From an uncultured delta proteobacterium (GTDB lineage Bacteria; Myxococcota_A; UBA9160; SZUA-336), in contig CAVPHD010000003.1 of NCBI GenBank assembly GCA_963704165.1, positions 256,001 to 320,000 of the forward strand: a DNA stretch of 64,000 nucleotides, read 5' to 3'. Both the position numbers and the translations under genes were made by a program. Each line of letters begins with the position of its first letter. Positions within the stretch are counted from its first letter, which is position 1. Below, in pieces: positions 1 to 9,867 of this stretch. The notes beneath the pieces are model-generated. The model did not search any database, was not told the origin of the DNA, and was given only the letters and a program-made list of their open reading frames with translations.

Positions 1-747
1 GCGATACAGATACTCGTCGTACGGGAGATCCATGCTCTCGGCCTCGCTGCCGACGCGCGTCGACTGCGCCGGCGCGAACTCCACGACCGTCCACTTCCGG
101 AGCGCACCGGCGAGCCAGAGCCGTGTCGACGCCGTCTGCAAGAACCACTGACCGAACTTCCCGACGCCCAGGCGCGAGGCGCCGCGCGGACGGTAGACGC
201 CGTAGCGGCTGAGCATGCCGACGTCGTTGTGAGCCTCCATCAGGACGGCGATGTCGGGATGGTCCTCGACGACGTGGTTGAGCAGGGTGTTCAGCGCATC
301 GTGCGAGGTGACACCGGACTTCCCCGCGTTGATGACGTTCACGCGCAGTCCCTGCGCTTCGAGGAGCGTGGAGACCTGGGCCGGGAAGCGCAGATCCTCC
401 CGAACCGCCGGGTTCTCCGTCGTCGAGCCGCCGAGGAACGCGATGGTCGCGTCGGCGGCTTCGAAACGCCGGCCCGGCAGGATGTACCCGCGCTCGTCGG
501 TGCGCAGCGTCGATACCGGATCGTTCGGATCGATGGCGCTGCGGTCGAATCGAAGATTGCGGAACGGCGGCTGCGTCTCGATCTCGACGAACCAATCGGT
601 CTGCTCGTTCGCGAACGGGTTCTCCCAGAGAACGCGAAGCGCGAACTCGCAGATCAGCAGCGAGAAGACGAGGGTGATCCCGACCACGATGGCCGCGAGG
701 GCCATGCGACTCGTCGGCTTCTCCTCGCCGGGACCGTCCTCAGGCAT
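1..747 (-). CDS. SGNH/GDSL hydrolase-family membrane-anchored protein (3' end outside the window)
   Basis: Not in the ORF track. My translation from ATG 747: MPEDGPGEEKPTSRMALAAIVVGITLVFSLLICEFALR (TM anchor), then IAFLGGSTT (block I), VINAGKSG (block II), MEAHND (block III). Frame stays open to position 1. Confidence 0.8.
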   Translation of the reverse strand, partial: MPEDGPGEEKPTSRMALAAIVVGITLVFSLLICEFALRVLWENPFANEQTDWFVEIETQPPFRNLRFDRSAIDPNDPVSTLRTDERGYILPGRRFEAADATIAFLGGSTTENPAVREDLRFPAQVSTLLEAQGLRVNVINAGKSGVTSHDALNTLLNHVVEDHPDIAVLMEAHNDVGMLSRYGVYRPRGASRLGVGKFGQWFLQTASTRLWLAGALRKWTVVEFAPAQSTRVGSEAESMDLPYDEYLYR

Positions 748-779
748 CGTCCGTGCGGCTCCGTCTCGATCGGTGCCGC

Positions 780-944
780 TCAGAATAGCGTGTAGAGCAG
801 CGGCGCGGCCGCCTTCCCGCCGAGGATGACGAGCCCGGTGAGCAGGAGCACCACGACCAGCGGAACGATCCAGTAGATCCGATTCTGGCGCGCGAAATCG
901 ACCAGCTCTCGAGAGAGCTTCACGCTGCCCTTCAGCTTCCCCAT
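780..944 (-). CDS. DUF5989 / SxtK-like small single-pass membrane protein (54 aa)
   Basis: MGKLKGSVKLSRELVDFARQNRIYWIVPLVVVLLLTGLVILGGKAAAPLLYTLF, with GGAGGGAG RBS upstream. The AP(F/L)(I/L)YTLF terminus and position next to a carbamoyltransferase are typical of the family. Confidence 0.85.
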   Translation of the reverse strand: MGKLKGSVKLSRELVDFARQNRIYWIVPLVVVLLLTGLVILGGKAAAPLLYTLF

Positions 945-975
945 CCGTGCTCCCTCCGGACCCATCGGTCCCGCA

Positions 976-2808
976 TCAATCGAGCTTCAAGCCGTCCCGC
1001 CAGTCGGTGGACTCCTGCCAGGCCCGCTGCGCGGTCTTGTCGAGCAGGAACGGGCCGAGCACGAGGTGGTCCATCTCGGTGCGCATGAAGCACCGGTAGG
1101 CGTCCGCCGGCGTGCACACGATCGGTTCGCCGCGGACGTTGAAGCTCGTGTTGATCAGCACCGCGCAGCCGGTTCTCTGCTCGAAAGCCTCGAGCAGCGC
1201 GTGGTAGCGCGGGTTCGTCTCGCGGCTCACGGACTGCACCCTCGCGGAATGATCGACGTGCGTGATCGCCGGGAGATCCGAGCGCGGTCGATTCACCCAG
1301 TCGTGGAGGTCGAGCTCCCGCTCGTCGCCCTGCTTCGGCAGGCACCGCGAGGATTTCACCGGCGCGACGATCAGCATGTAGGGCGAGGGTCGGTCGAGCT
1401 CGAAGTAGTCGGAGACGCGCTCCTCGAGACAGGACGGCGCAAACGGACGAAAGCTCTCGCGGAACTTGATCTTCAGATTCAGCACCGACTGCATCTTCGG
1501 CGAGCGTGGATCACCGATGATCGAACGATTGCCGAGCGCGCGCGGACCGAACTCCATGCGCCCGTGGAAGAGGCCGACCACGCCTTCCTCGGCCACGAGC
1601 CCGGCGATCGTGGGCGCCCACTCGGCGTCGGAGAGCTCGCGATACACGCCGCCGGTCGCGTCGAGGTACTCGCGAATCTGGTCGGCCGAGAATTCGGGGC
1701 CGAGGTACGAACCGTTCATCGAGTCCCTGTGGCCATCCGTCGTGCGAGGGTTGCCGAGCTCGTTGTACCAGACGGTGAGCGCGGCGCCGATCGCCCCACC
1801 CGCATCGCCCGCGGCCGGTTGGATCCAGAGGTCGTCGAAGATGCCGGACCGCAGGATCTCGCCGTTCGCGACGCAGTTGAGCGCCACGCCGCCCGCCATG
1901 CACAAGCGCGGCTTGCCGCTGACCTCGCGCGCGTGGCGCGCCATCCGGAGCACGATCTCCTCCGTCACCTCCTGGATCGACTTCGCGATGTCCATCTCGC
2001 GGCGCGTGATCGGCGACTCGGGCTGGCGCGCCGGGCCCTCGAAGAGATCCGCGAAGCGATCGGACGTCATCTGGAGTCCGTCGAGGTAGCCGAAGTAGTC
2101 CATGTTGAGCCGGAAGGAGCCGTCGGCCTTCAGGTCGAGAAGCTCCCTTCGGATCACGTCGGTGAATCGGCCGTCGCCGTACGGCGCCAGACCCATGAGC
2201 TTGTACTCGCCGGAGTTCACCGTGAAGCCCGTGTAGTAGGTGAAGGCCGAGTAGAGCAGACCGAGCGAGTGGGGGAAATCGAGCTCGCGCACGAGCGCGA
2301 GCTTCGAGCCCTCGCCGACGCCGATCGTCGCCGTCGCCCATTCGCCAACCCCGTCCACCGTCAGGACCGCCGCCTCGGGAAAGGGCGACGGATAGAACGC
2401 GCTCGCCGCGTGTGACTCGTGATGCTCGGGGAAGTAGATCGCTTCCGGCGCGCGGACACCGCACTTCTCGAGTGACTCCTCGATTCGGGGCTCCATCCAG
2501 AGCTTCTCGTCGAGCCAGGTCGGGATTGCGCGCATGTACTGGGTGAGGCCACGCGGAGCGGTCGATAGATACGTCTCGAGGATGCGGTGGAACTTGAGCA
2601 GCGGCTTGTCGTAGAAGGCGACCGCGTCGATCCGGCCATCCTTCACGCCGGCCTCCGCGAGGCAGTAGCGAACGGCATTCATCGGGAAGTCCTGATCGTG
2701 CTTCGTACGCGTGAAGCGCTCCTCCTGTGCGGCGGCGACGATGACGCCGTCCTCCACCAGACACGCCGCGGAGTCGTGGTAGAAGCAGCTGAGTCCGAGG
2801 ATGCGCAT
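976..2808 (-). CDS. O-carbamoyltransferase (NodU/CmcH/TobZ/SxtI family)
   Basis: Starts MRILGLSCFYHDSAACL. Motifs AQEERFTR, EHHESHAASAFY, DGVGE, GEYKLMGLAPYG, GGVALNC, PAAGDAG, EFGPRALGNRSI, FRPFAP, NTSFN. Confidence 0.95.
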   Translation of the reverse strand: MRILGLSCFYHDSAACLVEDGVIVAAAQEERFTRTKHDQDFPMNAVRYCLAEAGVKDGRIDAVAFYDKPLLKFHRILETYLSTAPRGLTQYMRAIPTWLDEKLWMEPRIEESLEKCGVRAPEAIYFPEHHESHAASAFYPSPFPEAAVLTVDGVGEWATATIGVGEGSKLALVRELDFPHSLGLLYSAFTYYTGFTVNSGEYKLMGLAPYGDGRFTDVIRRELLDLKADGSFRLNMDYFGYLDGLQMTSDRFADLFEGPARQPESPITRREMDIAKSIQEVTEEIVLRMARHAREVSGKPRLCMAGGVALNCVANGEILRSGIFDDLWIQPAAGDAGGAIGAALTVWYNELGNPRTTDGHRDSMNGSYLGPEFSADQIREYLDATGGVYRELSDAEWAPTIAGLVAEEGVVGLFHGRMEFGPRALGNRSIIGDPRSPKMQSVLNLKIKFRESFRPFAPSCLEERVSDYFELDRPSPYMLIVAPVKSSRCLPKQGDERELDLHDWVNRPRSDLPAITHVDHSARVQSVSRETNPRYHALLEAFEQRTGCAVLINTSFNVRGEPIVCTPADAYRCFMRTEMDHLVLGPFLLDKTAQRAWQESTDWRDGLKLD

Positions 2809-2810
2809 GC

Positions 2811-3296
2811 TCAGAACTGCCGAGACCGCGAGGCCGACGCCACGATGCCCTGCGTGCGATCCGACCAGTAGGACGATGCGGACGGTTCGTAGAATCGCTT
2901 CATCGAGTCCCGCCGACCGCGTCGGAACGACAATCCGAACGGAACGAAGAAGAGATAGAAGACGAGCGGAAGCGTCAACCAGCTGATCGCTTGTCCGACG
3001 CCGCGCCCGAGCGCGAGCATGCCGCGATCGATGGCGGCGAAGAGGCCGGTCGGCGAGAGCAGTGCGGCGAGCAGGATCAGGCTCGCGACGCCGACGATGA
3101 AGAGCCCGAGCGGGCGCGACACGAAGCCGAGAACCAGGGCGCCGACGCCCAAGCCGATCATCCCCTGCAGCGCACCGCGCAGCCGCAGGCGAGCGGCCTC
3201 GGGCGGAGCCGCGGTCGTCGGTCCGGGCTCGCGCCAGTTCCAGACGATGGCGGCCGCCTCCGGTCGCCCCGGGCGGGGCTCTCGTTGCTCGCGCAT
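2811..3296 (-). CDS. SxtJ-like membrane protein
   Basis: Hydrophobic segments followed by LVFYLFFVPFGL..RRDSM...SSYW...RQF. Ends 2 nt before the carbamoyltransferase start. The start could instead be 3344. Confidence 0.75.
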   Translation of the reverse strand: MREQREPRPGRPEAAAIVWNWREPGPTTAAPPEAARLRLRGALQGMIGLGVGALVLGFVSRPLGLFIVGVASLILLAALLSPTGLFAAIDRGMLALGRGVGQAISWLTLPLVFYLFFVPFGLSFRRGRRDSMKRFYEPSASSYWSDRTQGIVASASRSRQF

Positions 3297-3383
3297 GTCT
3301 CGCAGATCTCCCTCTGGGGAACTCGTTCGCGCCGAGTGTGGCATCGGTCGCGCGGCGGGGAAAGCGGGGCCCGAGCGCGACGC

Positions 3384-4391
3384 TCAGACTCCGAAGTACT
3401 CCCGATACCACGCCACGAAGTTGCGCACGCCCGTCTCCACGCTCGTGGCCGGCCGATAGCCCACGTCGGCCACGAGATCGCTGACGTCGGCCTCCGTGTC
3501 GGGAACGTCACCCGGCTGCAGCGGCAGCATCACCATCTTCGCCTTCCGGCCCAGACACTCCTCGAGAACCTCGATGTAGCGGAGCAGCTGAACGGGTTCT
3601 TGATTCCCGATGTTGTAGATGCGGTACGGCGCCGGACTCGTCGCGGGATCGGGCGAGGTCCCCTGCCAGCGTGGATTGGGCGCAGCAACGCGATCGAGCG
3701 TGCGGATCACGCCCTCGACGACGTCGTCGACGTAGGTGAAGTCGCGCTTGTGGTGTCCGTGGTTGAAGACCTGGATCGGCTCTCCGGCGAGGATCGCCTT
3801 CGTGAACAGGAAGAGCGCCATGTCGGGGCGCCCCCAGGGACCGTACACCGTGAAGAAGCGCAGTCCCGTGCAGGCGAAGCGGAAGAGGTGCGCATAGCTG
3901 TGCGCCATCATCTCGTTGGCTTTCTTCGTCGCCGCGTAGAGGGTGAGCGGGTGCTCCGTGCCGTTGTGCACCGAGAACGGCATGTTCGTGTTCGCACCGT
4001 AGACCGAGCTCGTCGACGCGAAGACGAGGTGCTCGACGTCGTGATGGCGGCAGCCCTCGAGTACGTGCAGAAAGCCGGTCACGTTGCTCGACACGTAGAT
4101 GTGCGGGTTCTCCATCGCGTAGCGGACACCCGCCTGGGCGGCGAGGCTGACGACGCGCCGGGGCGCATGCTCGGCGAAGACCTTCTCGATCGCACCACGG
4201 TCGGCGAGATCGGCGTGCACGTGTCGATAGCGGGGATGGTCGAGGTGCCGCGCGAGGCGCGCCTTCTTCAGCTTCACGTCGTAGTAGTCGTTGAGGTTGT
4301 CGATCCCGACGACCTCGTCGCCGCGCTCGAGCAGGCGCAGCGTCACCGCCGAGCCGACGAATCCGGCGCTGCCGGTCACGAGGATCTTCAC
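3384..4391 (-). CDS. NAD-dependent UDP-hexuronate 4-epimerase (UDP-glucuronate 4-epimerase/CapI-like)
   Basis: [45 protein letters not shown]. Confidence 0.93.
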   Translation of the reverse strand: MKILVTGSAGFVGSAVTLRLLERGDEVVGIDNLNDYYDVKLKKARLARHLDHPRYRHVHADLADRGAIEKVFAEHAPRRVVSLAAQAGVRYAMENPHIYVSSNVTGFLHVLEGCRHHDVEHLVFASTSSVYGANTNMPFSVHNGTEHPLTLYAATKKANEMMAHSYAHLFRFACTGLRFFTVYGPWGRPDMALFLFTKAILAGEPIQVFNHGHHKRDFTYVDDVVEGVIRTLDRVAAPNPRWQGTSPDPATSPAPYRIYNIGNQEPVQLLRYIEVLEECLGRKAKMVMLPLQPGDVPDTEADVSDLVADVGYRPATSVETGVRNFVAWYREYFGV

Positions 4392-4401
4392 GCCGCGGAC
4401 C

Positions 4402-5679
4402 TCAGAGCCTTCCGTCCACCGCGTCGCGCGGAAGAACCGACTTCACGTCGTACAGGATCGAGATCGGGCGACCGAGGGCGCGGACGCCGGCGGCGCCGAG
4501 CTCCGCGAACTGACGGTGCGCGACCGCGAGGATCACGGCGTCGTAGGCACCCGGCTCGGGCGCGGACACGGTGGAGATGCCGTACTCGTGCTGCGCCTCC
4601 GCCGGGTCGATCCAGGGATCGTGCACGTCGACCTGCACGTGGTACTGGCGAAGCTCGTCGACGATGTCGACCACGCGGGTGTTGCGAACGTCGGGGCAAT
4701 TCTCCTTGAAGGCGAGTCCGAGGATCAGCACGCGCGCACCGACCAGGCTGATGCCGCGCTTCGCCATCAACCGGACGACCTGATCGGCGACGTAGGCCCC
4801 CATTCCGTCGTTGATGCGGCGGCCCGCGAGGATCACCTCGGGGTGGTAGCCGATCTCCTGCGCTTTGTGCGTCAGGTAGTAGGGATCGACGCCGATGCAG
4901 TGACCACCGACGAGGCCGGGTCGAAACGGCAGGAAGTTCCACTTCGTCCCCGCGGCTTCGAGGACGTCGAGGGTGTCGATCCCGAGGCGATTGAAGATCA
5001 ACGCGAGCTCGTTGATCAGTGCGATGTTCAGGTCGCGCTGCGTGTTCTCGATCACCTTCGCGGCCTCGGCGACCTTGATCGAGCTCGCCTTGTGCGTGCC
5101 CGCCGTGATGATCGATCCGTACAGGCGATCGACGAAGTCCGCGGTCTCGGGCGTGGAGCCCGACGTGACCTTCTTGATCGTCGAGATGCGGTGCTGCTTG
5201 TCACCCGGGTTGATGCGCTCGGGGCTGTAGCCGCAGAAGAAATCCACGTTGAACTTCAGGCCCGACACGCGCTCCAGGATCGGGACGCAGACCTCTTCGG
5301 TGGCACCGGGGTAGACGGTCGATTCGTAGACCACGACGTTTCCCGGGGAGAGACACCGTCCGACGGTCTCGCTCGCGCGAACGAGCGGCGTCAGGTCGGG
5401 CCGCTTCGCGGAGTCGACCGGGGTCGGCACCGTCACGATGAAGACCTCGCACGCTGCGAGATCGCCGGCCTCGTCGCTGAAGCGCAGCATTCGAGCCGAC
5501 TCGAGCTCGGATGGAGACACTTCGAGCGTGTGGTCTCGCATTTCGCGGAGCTCCGAGATGCGCGCCCGGTCGATGTCGAACCCGATCGTGGCGAAGTGCT
5601 TTCCGAACTCCGCCGCGAGCGGCAACCCGACGTATCCGAGGCCGATCACGGCCAGCTTCGTCTCTTCGAGCCGCTTCAC
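4402..5679 (-). CDS. UDP-N-acetylhexosamine 6-dehydrogenase (TviB/WbpO-like)
   Basis: GTG 5679 overlaps the upstream stop. Motifs [49 protein letters not shown]. 425 aa. Confidence 0.93.
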   Translation of the reverse strand: MKRLEETKLAVIGLGYVGLPLAAEFGKHFATIGFDIDRARISELREMRDHTLEVSPSELESARMLRFSDEAGDLAACEVFIVTVPTPVDSAKRPDLTPLVRASETVGRCLSPGNVVVYESTVYPGATEEVCVPILERVSGLKFNVDFFCGYSPERINPGDKQHRISTIKKVTSGSTPETADFVDRLYGSIITAGTHKASSIKVAEAAKVIENTQRDLNIALINELALIFNRLGIDTLDVLEAAGTKWNFLPFRPGLVGGHCIGVDPYYLTHKAQEIGYHPEVILAGRRINDGMGAYVADQVVRLMAKRGISLVGARVLILGLAFKENCPDVRNTRVVDIVDELRQYHVQVDVHDPWIDPAEAQHEYGISTVSAPEPGAYDAVILAVAHRQFAELGAAGVRALGRPISILYDVKSVLPRDAVDGRL

Positions 5680-7214
5680 AATCCCAGATCCCACGCGTAC
5701 CGGAATCCGAGGCCGATCGTGATCCTGTCCTGATCGTCGGTCTCGAGATCCACTCCGCTCCCGAGAAGTTGATCGGTCGTCGAGTGATAGTAGCGTCCGA
5801 TCAGATACGCATTCAGCTGTCGGCGAAGCTGCCAGTCGAGCCGGGCCGTCAGCGTCGTGTAGGTGCGATCCTCCTGCGCCGAGCCGCCGAAGCACTGATA
5901 GATCGGAACGTCGACGCCGGCAAACTGTGGATGAGGCACCGTGCCGACGATGCTCGCCGTGCCGCCGTAGTAGCAGCTGGTGCTCTCCGTCGTCGGCGAG
6001 GTGGGGAAGACGCTCGCGGCATAGCTCGGGATCTCGTCGGTGACCGAGCCGTACAGCTGGTAGCTCCCGGAGACCGTCAGCATGACGCGCTCGGCGAGCC
6101 GGTGCGTCAGCGAGAGCGTGAACGCGTCGATGTCGAAGTTCGTCCGGCCGGTGCCGCCGGTCGAGCGCGTGTCCCGGTCGTAGGAGAGCCGGACCAGGCT
6201 GCGCTCGAAGGCGCGCTGGATCGCGATCGAACCGATCAGCCCCGTCCCGCTCCCGGAGAAACTCCGCTCGTCGAGCGCGACGCGCTCCTGCTGCGGACAG
6301 TCGAACGGGATTCCGAAAATGGTGCAGACGGCCATGAACCCGATTCCACCGCTCTGCGGCGCGTCGTTCTGGGTCGAGTCGATCGTTCGCGCGCCGATCG
6401 AGAGCGACGTGGACCAGACCGGCGACCAGTTTCGGTTCCAGCTCAACCTTGCCGCCCAGATCTCGGAATCGTTCGACCCCGTTCCCAGGTCCTGGTACGA
6501 GGTGCTGTCGCCATCGACTCCCAAGCTGACGTCGTCACGCGCCGTGAGCTGGTACGTGAGCACCGCCCGAGCGTCCCAGAGGCTGCGATCGCGGTACTCG
6601 CCGTTCGAGCTGTCGATCGCGTTCTGGGAATCGCCGACGCTCGTACCGACGCGTTCGAAGTTCAGGCGCCCCATGCCGCCCTCGATCCGCAGCGCCGTGC
6701 GCGGCGTGAGCAGGTACTGGAACCCGCCTCCGATGTCGTCCCGGGCCCATGCAGGCAGCTCCTCGAGCAGGATATCGCCCAGCGAACCGGGAGGCTCGTC
6801 GCTCCCGGTGTCGTCGCGGATCTCGTCGTAGCCGGAGGAGTAGTCCACCTGTCCGTTTCCGAAGAAGGTCAGACGCGGGGTCAGCTTGCGTTCGAAGTTC
6901 CCGCGTGCGCCGGTGTCGATGCCGGAGAGCGTCGACTCGTTCCAGACACTCCGCCCGACCGCGGTCACTCCCAGGCGCGCAAAACCGAGCTCTCCTTTGT
7001 TCTCGATCCAGAGCCCCGGCCTGAAGGTCGTGACCGGGCTTTCCTTCTCGTTGGTCGAGTAGTTGTAGACGTTCGAGTCCCAGCCCTGCTCCAGGTCGAA
7101 CATCGGGCGCAGGACGGTCTTGTCCGCGGCGCGCACCGCTCCGGGTGCACACACAACTGCGACGAGCGCGAGAGCGAGTCTAGCGCCAGAAAGCGCGTTC
7201 TTCGGGTACGACAA
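5676..7214 (-). CDS. Outer-membrane beta-barrel protein of the polysaccharide export locus (EpsX/WzpB-like)
   Basis: TTG at 7214 preceded by GGAG with a 6-nt spacer. Signal peptide ends AVRA. WDSNVY motif, alternating beta-strands, C-terminal [11 protein letters not shown]. Start codon inferred. Confidence 0.7.
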   Translation of the reverse strand: MSYPKNALSGARLALALVAVVCAPGAVRAADKTVLRPMFDLEQGWDSNVYNYSTNEKESPVTTFRPGLWIENKGELGFARLGVTAVGRSVWNESTLSGIDTGARGNFERKLTPRLTFFGNGQVDYSSGYDEIRDDTGSDEPPGSLGDILLEELPAWARDDIGGGFQYLLTPRTALRIEGGMGRLNFERVGTSVGDSQNAIDSSNGEYRDRSLWDARAVLTYQLTARDDVSLGVDGDSTSYQDLGTGSNDSEIWAARLSWNRNWSPVWSTSLSIGARTIDSTQNDAPQSGGIGFMAVCTIFGIPFDCPQQERVALDERSFSGSGTGLIGSIAIQRAFERSLVRLSYDRDTRSTGGTGRTNFDIDAFTLSLTHRLAERVMLTVSGSYQLYGSVTDEIPSYAASVFPTSPTTESTSCYYGGTASIVGTVPHPQFAGVDVPIYQCFGGSAQEDRTYTTLTARLDWQLRRQLNAYLIGRYYHSTTDQLLGSGVDLETDDQDRITIGLGFRYAWDLGL

Positions 7215-7818
7215 TCGTGTCTCCAGGGAGCAGGAGTATGTTCTGCGAGAGGTCCTTGCCGTCGATGAAGTGGTCGTAGTCGAAGTTGAACTCGGCGGCG
7301 CCACCGCCCTGGTTGCGGATCACCTTGACCCGGGCCCGGCCGGCGAAGGGGTTGAACCCACCGGCGAGCGCGATCGCGTCGAGCACGCGCATGTCGGGCT
7401 GCATCTGGATCGGACCCTCGCGCGAGACCTCGCCGATGATGTAGACGAGCTTCGATCCGACGCTCGCGACGACGACGGTCACGACGGGAGCGGTGAGGAA
7501 CTCCGTCAGTCGCTCGGTGATGTCCGCCTTGAGCTCGAGTGGAGTGCGCCCGGCCGCCTGCACGTCGTCGATCAACGGGACGGAGATCTTTCCGTCGAGC
7601 CGGACCTCGACTCTCGCGAGCGAGAGCTCCGGCTCGCGCCAGACGACGATCGCGAGCGTGTCCCTCGGCCCGATCACGTAGGACTCCGTCACCTCGACCG
7701 CTTGCGTCTCGAGCTGCGCCGCGCTCGGCAGCTCGCGCGCCGTGCCCGCGCAGGCCGCGAGCGCGAGCGCGACGAGCGACGCGACGATGGGTCTTCCGGG
7801 GGTGCGATTCGCGATCAT
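7180..7818 (-). CDS. Short OPX (Wza-like) polysaccharide export lipoprotein
   Basis: Lipobox LAAC, YVIGPRDTL, VRLDGKISVPLI (PES motif), one SLBB domain, ends [10 protein letters not shown]. Confidence 0.9.
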   Translation of the reverse strand: MIANRTPGRPIVASLVALALAACAGTARELPSAAQLETQAVEVTESYVIGPRDTLAIVVWREPELSLARVEVRLDGKISVPLIDDVQAAGRTPLELKADITERLTEFLTAPVVTVVVASVGSKLVYIIGEVSREGPIQMQPDMRVLDAIALAGGFNPFAGRARVKVIRNQGGGAAEFNFDYDHFIDGKDLSQNILLLPGDTIVVPEERAFWR

Positions 7819-7840
7819 CGATGTCGTCCTTCGGTTCGGG

Positions 7841-9274
7841 CTACGGCGCGTTCGCCAGGCCCGCGTCCTTCATCTTGTAGAGGAGGGCCTTGTAGCTGAT
7901 CTGCAGGATCTCCGCGGCCTCCTTGCGGTTCCAGCGGGTCCGCTCGAGCACCTTCGCGATCAATCTCGCCTCGGCGACCTGAGCGGCGTCGCGGCCGACC
8001 TGCTTCAGGCTGACGCGATCCGTCTCGCCGGCGAGAAAGCGCTCGAGGTCGGTGGCCGACGCGTCGGGAGCGGGAGCGGGCAGTGGGGTGCGGATCGCGC
8101 GCGCGCGAAGCTCGGCGATCACAGGCTTCACCGAATCGAGCACGACCACGCGCTTCACCACGTTCTCGAGCTCGCGGATGTTCCCCGGCCAGTCGTAGCC
8201 CAGGAGGGTTTCGCGAAGCTCGGCGGGCACCGCCTTCGGGTCCTTTCCGTACTCGCGCGCATAGCGCTCGAAGAAGAGGTCGGTGAGGAACGGGATCTCC
8301 TCTCGTCGCTCTCGGAGCGGAGGGAGTGCGATGGTCACGACGTTCAGTCGGAAGAAGAGATCCGCACGAAACGTGCTGTCGCGAACCGCGGTCTCGAGGT
8401 TCCGATTCGAGGCCGCGATCACGCGCGCATCGACGGAGATGTCGGTCTCACCACCGAGCCGGGAGAAGTGCCCGTCCTGGAGTACCTGCAGGAGCTTCGC
8501 CTGCAGGTTCGGGTGCACTTCGCTGATCTCGTCGAGGAAGATCGTTCCGCCGTCCGAGAGCTCGAACTTGCCGAGCCTGCGTTTCTCGGCGCCCGTGAAC
8601 GCGCCGCGTTCGTAGCCGAAGAGCTCGCTCTCGAGCAGCTCGGAGGGAAGCGCTGCGCAATTCACCTTGACGAACGCGCGCCGCGAACGAGTCGAGCGCG
8701 CGTGGAGCGTTCGCGCGACGAGTTCCTTGCCGGTTCCGCTCTCGCCGCGAATCAGGACGGTGATGTCGGTGTCGGCGACCTGGTCGATCATCTCCTCGAC
8801 GAGACGCATCTTGGGACTCCGGCCGGCGAAGATGATGCCCGACGTACCGGCACACGCCGCGGTGTAGCTCCGCTCGCGCAGCGACTCGGTTCGATCCGGC
8901 GCTTCGTGCGGTCGCAGGGCCTTCGCGAACGCGGCCTCGAGCTCCTTTGCTTCGATCGGCTTGCACAGAAAGTCGTTCGCTCCGTGTTTCACCGCGAGCG
9001 CGATCGCGCGCGTATCGGCGATTCCCGAAAGCATGATCACCGGCACGCTCGCCGAGAGCTCTCGCAGTTTGCGAAGCGTCGCCAGGCCATCCATTCCCGG
9101 CATCGACAGGTCGAGCGTCACGAGATCGGGCGCGCGGAGGCGAAAGATCTCCAGGGCTTCCTCGCCCGATCTCGCGCACTCGACGGTGTGACCCTGCTCG
9201 ATCGCAAAGCTGGAGAGCCAGGCGCACATGCCCGGGTCGTCGTCGATGATCAGTAGCTTCGGGTGCGATTTCAT
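7841..9274 (-). CDS. Sigma54-dependent response regulator (REC-AAA+-Fis HTH), paralog 2
   Basis: IIDDD, LDLSMP, GESGTGKE, GAFTGA, FLDEI, WPGNIREL and a C-terminal HTH. Confidence 0.95.
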   Translation of the reverse strand: MKSHPKLLIIDDDPGMCAWLSSFAIEQGHTVECARSGEEALEIFRLRAPDLVTLDLSMPGMDGLATLRKLRELSASVPVIMLSGIADTRAIALAVKHGANDFLCKPIEAKELEAAFAKALRPHEAPDRTESLRERSYTAACAGTSGIIFAGRSPKMRLVEEMIDQVADTDITVLIRGESGTGKELVARTLHARSTRSRRAFVKVNCAALPSELLESELFGYERGAFTGAEKRRLGKFELSDGGTIFLDEISEVHPNLQAKLLQVLQDGHFSRLGGETDISVDARVIAASNRNLETAVRDSTFRADLFFRLNVVTIALPPLRERREEIPFLTDLFFERYAREYGKDPKAVPAELRETLLGYDWPGNIRELENVVKRVVVLDSVKPVIAELRARAIRTPLPAPAPDASATDLERFLAGETDRVSLKQVGRDAAQVAEARLIAKVLERTRWNRKEAAEILQISYKALLYKMKDAGLANAP

Positions 9275-9319
9275 AGGGGGGATCGGGCTTCGGCTTCGTC
9301 GCCGGCAGCCGACGAGCGT

Positions 9320-9337
9320 TGCGACAAGCGTGCCAAG
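9320..9337 (-). promoter_or_regulatory. Sigma54 (-24/-12) promoter upstream of activator 2 and the export/modification genes
   Basis: Minus strand reads CTTGGCACGCTTGTCGCA, with GG and GC at consensus spacing (TGGCACG-N4-TTGCA), about 45 nt before the start at 9274. Confidence 0.8.
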
Positions 9338-9504
9338 TCTGCGAACGTGACCGACGGGCGGGGGAACGGCGCTCGCGGCGATCGGCGCCCCTCAGGGTAC
9401 CGGACTTCCGAAAAGGAGTCGCTCGCGACTCTCACGCAACTCGTGCGCAGCTTCGCGCGCTCTTCGATTCGAAGCGGGCCAGCGAGCATGGTAGCTTCGA
9501 CTCG

Positions 9505-9867
9505 ATGTCGCGACGCGTCGAGAAGCCTTGGGGCTACGAGGAGATCTGGGTCGAGACTCCTCGCTATCTCGGCAAGATCCTGGCCATCCGCGCGGGGCAT
9601 CGACTCTCGCTGCAACTCCATCGCGAGAAGGACGAGGCCATCTACGTGCTGCACGGGACGCTTCGGCTCACGCTCGAAAACGACGCCGGGGAGCTCGAGG
9701 TCCGAGAGCTCGGTCCGGGCGCGAGCTCGCGCATCACGCCCGGACGCCGTCATCGTTTCGAAGCCGTCTCCGATTGCGAGCTCTGCGAGGTCTCGACCCC
9801 CGAGCTCGACGACGTGGTCCGGCTTCAGGATGACTACGGCCGCGTGCCCGGCTCGGGCCGGATGTAG
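9505..9867 (+). CDS. Cupin-domain protein (type II mannose-6-phosphate isomerase C-terminal-like)
   Basis: MSRRVEKPWGYEEIW, RLSLQLHREKDE, HRFEA, EVSTPELDDVVRLQDDYGR. Confidence 0.85.
   Translation: MSRRVEKPWGYEEIWVETPRYLGKILAIRAGHRLSLQLHREKDEAIYVLHGTLRLTLENDAGELEVRELGPGASSRITPGRRHRFEAVSDCELCEVSTPELDDVVRLQDDYGRVPGSGRM

Noticed and set aside
780..3296. Saxitoxin biosynthesis (sxtIJK-like trio)
   Set aside because: No sxtA, sxtG or other toxin genes are present, and the context is polysaccharide export.
2809..3411. 200-aa N-terminal extension on the carbamoyltransferase (811-aa ORF)
   Set aside because: It overlaps the SxtJ-like gene in another frame. Family homology begins at MRILGLS (2808).
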